A DNA stretch of 64,000 bases from Phycisphaerae bacterium (GTDB lineage: Bacteria > Planctomycetota > Phycisphaerae > UBA1845). Within the stretch, counting starts at the first letter, position 1. The number at the start of each line of letters is the position of its first letter. Position numbers and translations under genes: made by a program. The DNA is taken from assembly GCA_963666835.2 (NCBI GenBank), contig CAXXGO010000006.1:640001-704000 (forward strand), in the 5' to 3' direction. Positions 60,396 through 64,000 of the stretch are shown here, one piece after another. The notes under the pieces were generated by a model, which was not told where the DNA came from, did not search any database, and saw only the letters and a list, made by a program, of their open reading frames with translations.

Positions 60396-61529
60396 GTGAT
60401 CACCATTATCGCCGCATGCCCTGCGTGTCACCAGGAGCTCCCAATCGAACTGGACGAACCGCCGGGACGTGACCGTGGCATTGTGGTTACTTGCGATCAC
60501 TGCGGTGTAACGAGAAGCCTACGAGCCTATCGGCGCGAATACGCCCGGCAGATCGTCGCGCAGAACCGGCGGCGGCAAGAAGAGGCGATTGCCCACGCCA
60601 CCACCGAACAACAACGTCTACAGAGGATTGCGGCCCAAGCTGCCAATGCCGCGCGGGAGGCCGCACTGCGCACCGCGGCAGCGGCTCTTGCCGAACGGGC
60701 GAATCCGGCGCCGGTGCGAAGGACCGGTTCTGCCGGAGTGCCGTGGAGGAATCGGCGCGGACTCAAGACCCCAGCGTTCGTCGGGGCCGGGGCCGCCGTG
60801 CTGGCATTGGTCGCGGTCACGGCTTTCTGGGCGACTCGAACGGAGCCTGTGGAGACAGGAGCCAAGGCCGAACTCCCCTTGCCACCGGACATAGCCGACT
60901 GGGATCAGCCGCAAACCTCGGACGCCAAGTCGGCGGCAGAATCGCACTATGATCTGCTACGGGCTATGGCCCAACAGTTGTCAGCCCGAGACTACCGGGA
61001 CGCCAATGGCCGACAGATAGATACAAGTCAGGCCTTGGGCATGGTAATCGGCGGAGCCGGCCGGCTCTGCAAACCCGGTGCGTTGCCTTTCGAGATCGAG
61101 TGGCGGCTTAACGCCGGGCTGACGGGTGCCGATCCGGTTAGTTCGCTGACTGTCGGAGAGGAAGGACGGCGATACGGTGAGGATCTCTTCGGGGCAGCGC
61201 GCAACGAGTGGGCGGGTCTTCCAACTGCGGCAGGCGTAGCGCCCGATGGATTCGTGGCGGCCGGGGTCGAGGTCCTCGAGACCGCCGACCAGGCAATGCG
61301 CGACGGGGCTCGCATGGAGCGACCGAACGAGTACGGCTGGCAGTACTGTTACGTTGCCGAAAAGCGGTTGGGTGATTACTTCTTCAAGTGTACGATTCGG
61401 GACACCATCGAATCGGACATTTGGGAAACGAAGCCCGGGAGCCGGATTGTCTTGGAGTTCACGTTCGATCCCGACGTTGCGCCGGATGAGCCCGGGCAGT
61501 TTGCGGATGAGCACGGCGGCGGGCAATAA
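60396..61529 (+). CDS. Hypothetical bitopic membrane protein with N-terminal zinc finger
   Basis: CPAC...CDHC, Ala/Gln-rich helix, single TM, C-terminal domain. Confidence 0.6.
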   Translation: MITIIAACPACHQELPIELDEPPGRDRGIVVTCDHCGVTRSLRAYRREYARQIVAQNRRRQEEAIAHATTEQQRLQRIAAQAANAAREAALRTAAAALAERANPAPVRRTGSAGVPWRNRRGLKTPAFVGAGAAVLALVAVTAFWATRTEPVETGAKAELPLPPDIADWDQPQTSDAKSAAESHYDLLRAMAQQLSARDYRDANGRQIDTSQALGMVIGGAGRLCKPGALPFEIEWRLNAGLTGADPVSSLTVGEEGRRYGEDLFGAARNEWAGLPTAAGVAPDGFVAAGVEVLETADQAMRDGARMERPNEYGWQYCYVAEKRLGDYFFKCTIRDTIESDIWETKPGSRIVLEFTFDPDVAPDEPGQFADEHGGGQ

Positions 61530-61998
61530 CAGTGATTGAGACAGCCTCGCCGGTACCGCTCACGCACACGTTATCTGCAGCTTGTTCACATTCGGGCGCG
61601 AGACCGGTGTCGTTTCTGACGAGATCGGTCACGATCTCGCCCTTTTTGCCAGGGAGGTGTACAGAAGGGGGGGATGGCGACGTAGAAGTGTGTTCTCCGG
61701 TGCCGGGGTCTGCGGCCCCGGTAAGACGGGGAGGAGGTGACGCGATCACGTTATTGGAGGAAGCGCCGGGTCGCTCTAACCGGGCGCGCGTCCGATCTTG
61801 TCTATCATCACATGTGAATGGTCCGTATTTCACAGGCAGGGGCGGGCGGGCCGTTCTGCAGAGGTCTTGACAGCACCCTCGCGCAAACGGACCCTTTTCG
61901 CGGTGCTGCAACCTAACGGTGGCGCGTACGTAATAACAAGTGGCGACGCGGAGGGTGCGTCGACGCGAAACAGGTTGGCTATGCAGGTGAGTCCAAAC

Positions 61999-63102
61999 AT
62001 GGCAAGGCACGAGCGAACGTACTGGGTACTGGCTATCGCGGTAGCGGCCCTTTTCCCGGCCGGTGGGGCATTCGGCACCGAAGCGCCCAAGGCATCAACC
62101 AGACTCCCGGATCTGGATTTAAGCCAGCCTGCGGCAGCGGCCACCGTTGAACGGATATGCGATACCGCCGTGAGCAATATCGCCCGCCGCTACAACCTGA
62201 ACGAGGAACAGACCCGAACCACCAGCGAGCTGATGAAGCGGGAGGTCGGCAAGTTCATCGAGGAACATGAGGAGCTGGTCTGGCCCGTTATCCGCGAGCT
62301 GCTGGCCAAGCAGCTTCAGCCGCCCGAGAACGCCGCGGAGCTCAAGCGGCTTGGGAAGTCGGCGCGAGAACTGGCGGCGCTGGCCAAGGATGCCATCTTC
62401 CGCGCCAACGCGGAGTGGCGGCAGATGCTCTCCGACGAGCAGAAGGCCGTACACGACTTCGATCTGGCCGAAATGGAAAAGACCTTCGACAAGATGGACC
62501 AGACTCTTGGTGGTTGGGAGAAGGGTGAGCACACGCATGATCCGATGTTCCCGCCGCCCAACATGGCCGGCAGTCCGCCGCGCCCGTCGAAGCCGGCGGA
62601 GGGGACGATTCCCGAGCCGAAGCAGGAGTTCTTCAAGGTTACGATCTTCGATACTTTCGTCGAGGAGTTCATCAAGGACTACAACCTGGATGCGGCTCAG
62701 AAGGAAACCGCCCGATCCATCCTGAAGGAGTTCAAGGCCAAGGCGAACGACTTCAAGAGTGCCAAGTCGGCCGAGTTTGCTCAGATTGAATCGTCCCGCG
62801 CCAAGGCTGTGCGCGATCGGGACTACAAGAAGGCCGCCGAGGCGGACGCTTCGCGTAAGAAACTGCTCGAGCCGGTGTATCAGCTTTTTGCTGAGATGAG
62901 AGACCGGCTTAAGAGCTTGCTCACGAGTACTCAGTTGGAGCTGTTCGCCGCTAAGAACAAGGGCGAGACCTCAGAGAAGAGCGAAGACACTAGTCCGAAG
63001 AAGGACGAGAAGCCTCAAATCAAGAAGAGGACCTCGGCCGAGGTGAAGAAGTCTGGCGAGAAGAAAGAACCTAAGCCGGCCAAGACCACGCCGAACCCGT
63101 AG
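61999..63102 (+). CDS. Hypothetical secreted alpha-helical protein
   Basis: Signal peptide; two related helical segments (YNLNEEQ, YNLDAAQ); Lys/Glu tail; stop codon supplied by a REP. Confidence 0.7.
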   Translation: MARHERTYWVLAIAVAALFPAGGAFGTEAPKASTRLPDLDLSQPAAAATVERICDTAVSNIARRYNLNEEQTRTTSELMKREVGKFIEEHEELVWPVIRELLAKQLQPPENAAELKRLGKSARELAALAKDAIFRANAEWRQMLSDEQKAVHDFDLAEMEKTFDKMDQTLGGWEKGEHTHDPMFPPPNMAGSPPRPSKPAEGTIPEPKQEFFKVTIFDTFVEEFIKDYNLDAAQKETARSILKEFKAKANDFKSAKSAEFAQIESSRAKAVRDRDYKKAAEADASRKKLLEPVYQLFAEMRDRLKSLLTSTQLELFAAKNKGETSEKSEDTSPKKDEKPQIKKRTSAEVKKSGEKKEPKPAKTTPNP

Positions 63103-63894
63103 GGCAGGTCGAGGTACGAGACCTGCCGCAAAGGCGAGCGTCGCGCGAGGACCACGTAGGGCACGGTCGAGGCACGAGACCTGCCATCAAGGCCGCCAAT
63201 GGCTCGAGCTGCACGAACATGCGCCACTTGTGTGCCTCGCGGAACCAGCCCGTCAGGGCGACAGCTCTGCCCAGCCCGTGGCGTGAGCCGCGGGATCGCG
63301 TCGTACGTCAACCCCAGCCCCGCCCCGGGGCGGCACTTCGGCATTGGAAGAGGTACCGGCCGGCGCCAACGTATTCCCCTTATGATGTTGAATCACCGGC
63401 GTCCGATCCAAACCTCGATGTCTTGTGCCGCCCCCGAGGGGGCTTGGCGCGAGGCGGCCGCACGGTTCCCCCAGGCTTACGCCATGGGGCTACAGCACCT
63501 GTCGCCCCAAGGGGCTTGGCTTGCGACACGATCGAGGCACGAGACCTGCCGAGATGGCGCGCGTCGCGCGAAGACCACGGAGGGTACGGTCGAGGTACGA
63601 GACCTGCCGTCCTGGGTGCCATGGGCAAGCGTCGCCGATTTGCGCAGCGAAGTACCGGTCGTCACTCGATCTCGCGTTAGGGTCATGGACCGTTCCAGCT
63701 TGCCCGTGATGCCTGCGGCTCGCCAAGCTCCACGGGTCAACAAGTTGACCCATGACACCCGGTTGTCACCCCCTGTAGGGCATGGTCGAGGCACGAGAGA
63801 ATAGGTGCGACTGGGTCGCACCCTATCGGCTGTCGCCCAAACGGGGCTCCACTACCGCTGCCGCCCCGCGCTGCTCGAGAGCAGTGGCACACCC
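63099..63894. repeat. Large mixed REP cluster (5x family A including variants, plus families C, B and a D-like unit)
   Basis: Family A at 63099, 63156, about 63525, about 63580 and 63775 (truncated); C near 63730; B near 63868. Confidence 0.85.
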
Positions 63895-64000
63895 GAAGAC
63901 TGGGTGTGAAGCAGCCCTAGAACTTGCCGAGAAGAGGGATGGCGGAGATCGCAACGTCGCCGTCGCGGATGGTGCTGTAATCGGTGGGTCCTTCGACCTT

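Noticed and set aside
63099..63608. Tandem about 30-bp family A repeats resembling a CRISPR array
   Set aside because: Intervening sequences are related to each other, spacing is irregular, copies are dispersed in both orientations, and there are no cas genes

Overview
GC-rich bacterial chromosomal segment. PEP-CTERM and dockerin proteins, lpx genes, thyX and the repeat types suggest a Planctomycetota/PVC-type organism (inference). It is mostly housekeeping and envelope genes: EF-G-like, ispG, panB, Hsp20-lon, thyX, iorA plus an IorB/acyl-CoA synthetase fusion, pyrH-frr, tRNA-Gln, lpxD, lpxI and a pilT-like gene. The intergenic regions are filled with at least six families of REP-like palindromic repeats. 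Mobile DNA: one IS1595-family element with an 8-bp target duplication splits a Cache-HAMP-PAS histidine kinase. Three near-identical 1927-bp group II introns sit at the same position of one REP-like hairpin family and lack the canonical GUGYG 5' end; an empty homologous site is present at about 44.75-44.91 kb. Other highlights: a two-gene surface module (cohesin-like/Ig/dockerin protein plus cohesin-like PEP-CTERM protein), three intact ORFs with degenerate catalytic motifs (GHMP kinase-like, HemL-like, QueC-like), and a triple LPP20-like repeat protein operon. All calls come from reading the sequence and motifs; no searches were run.
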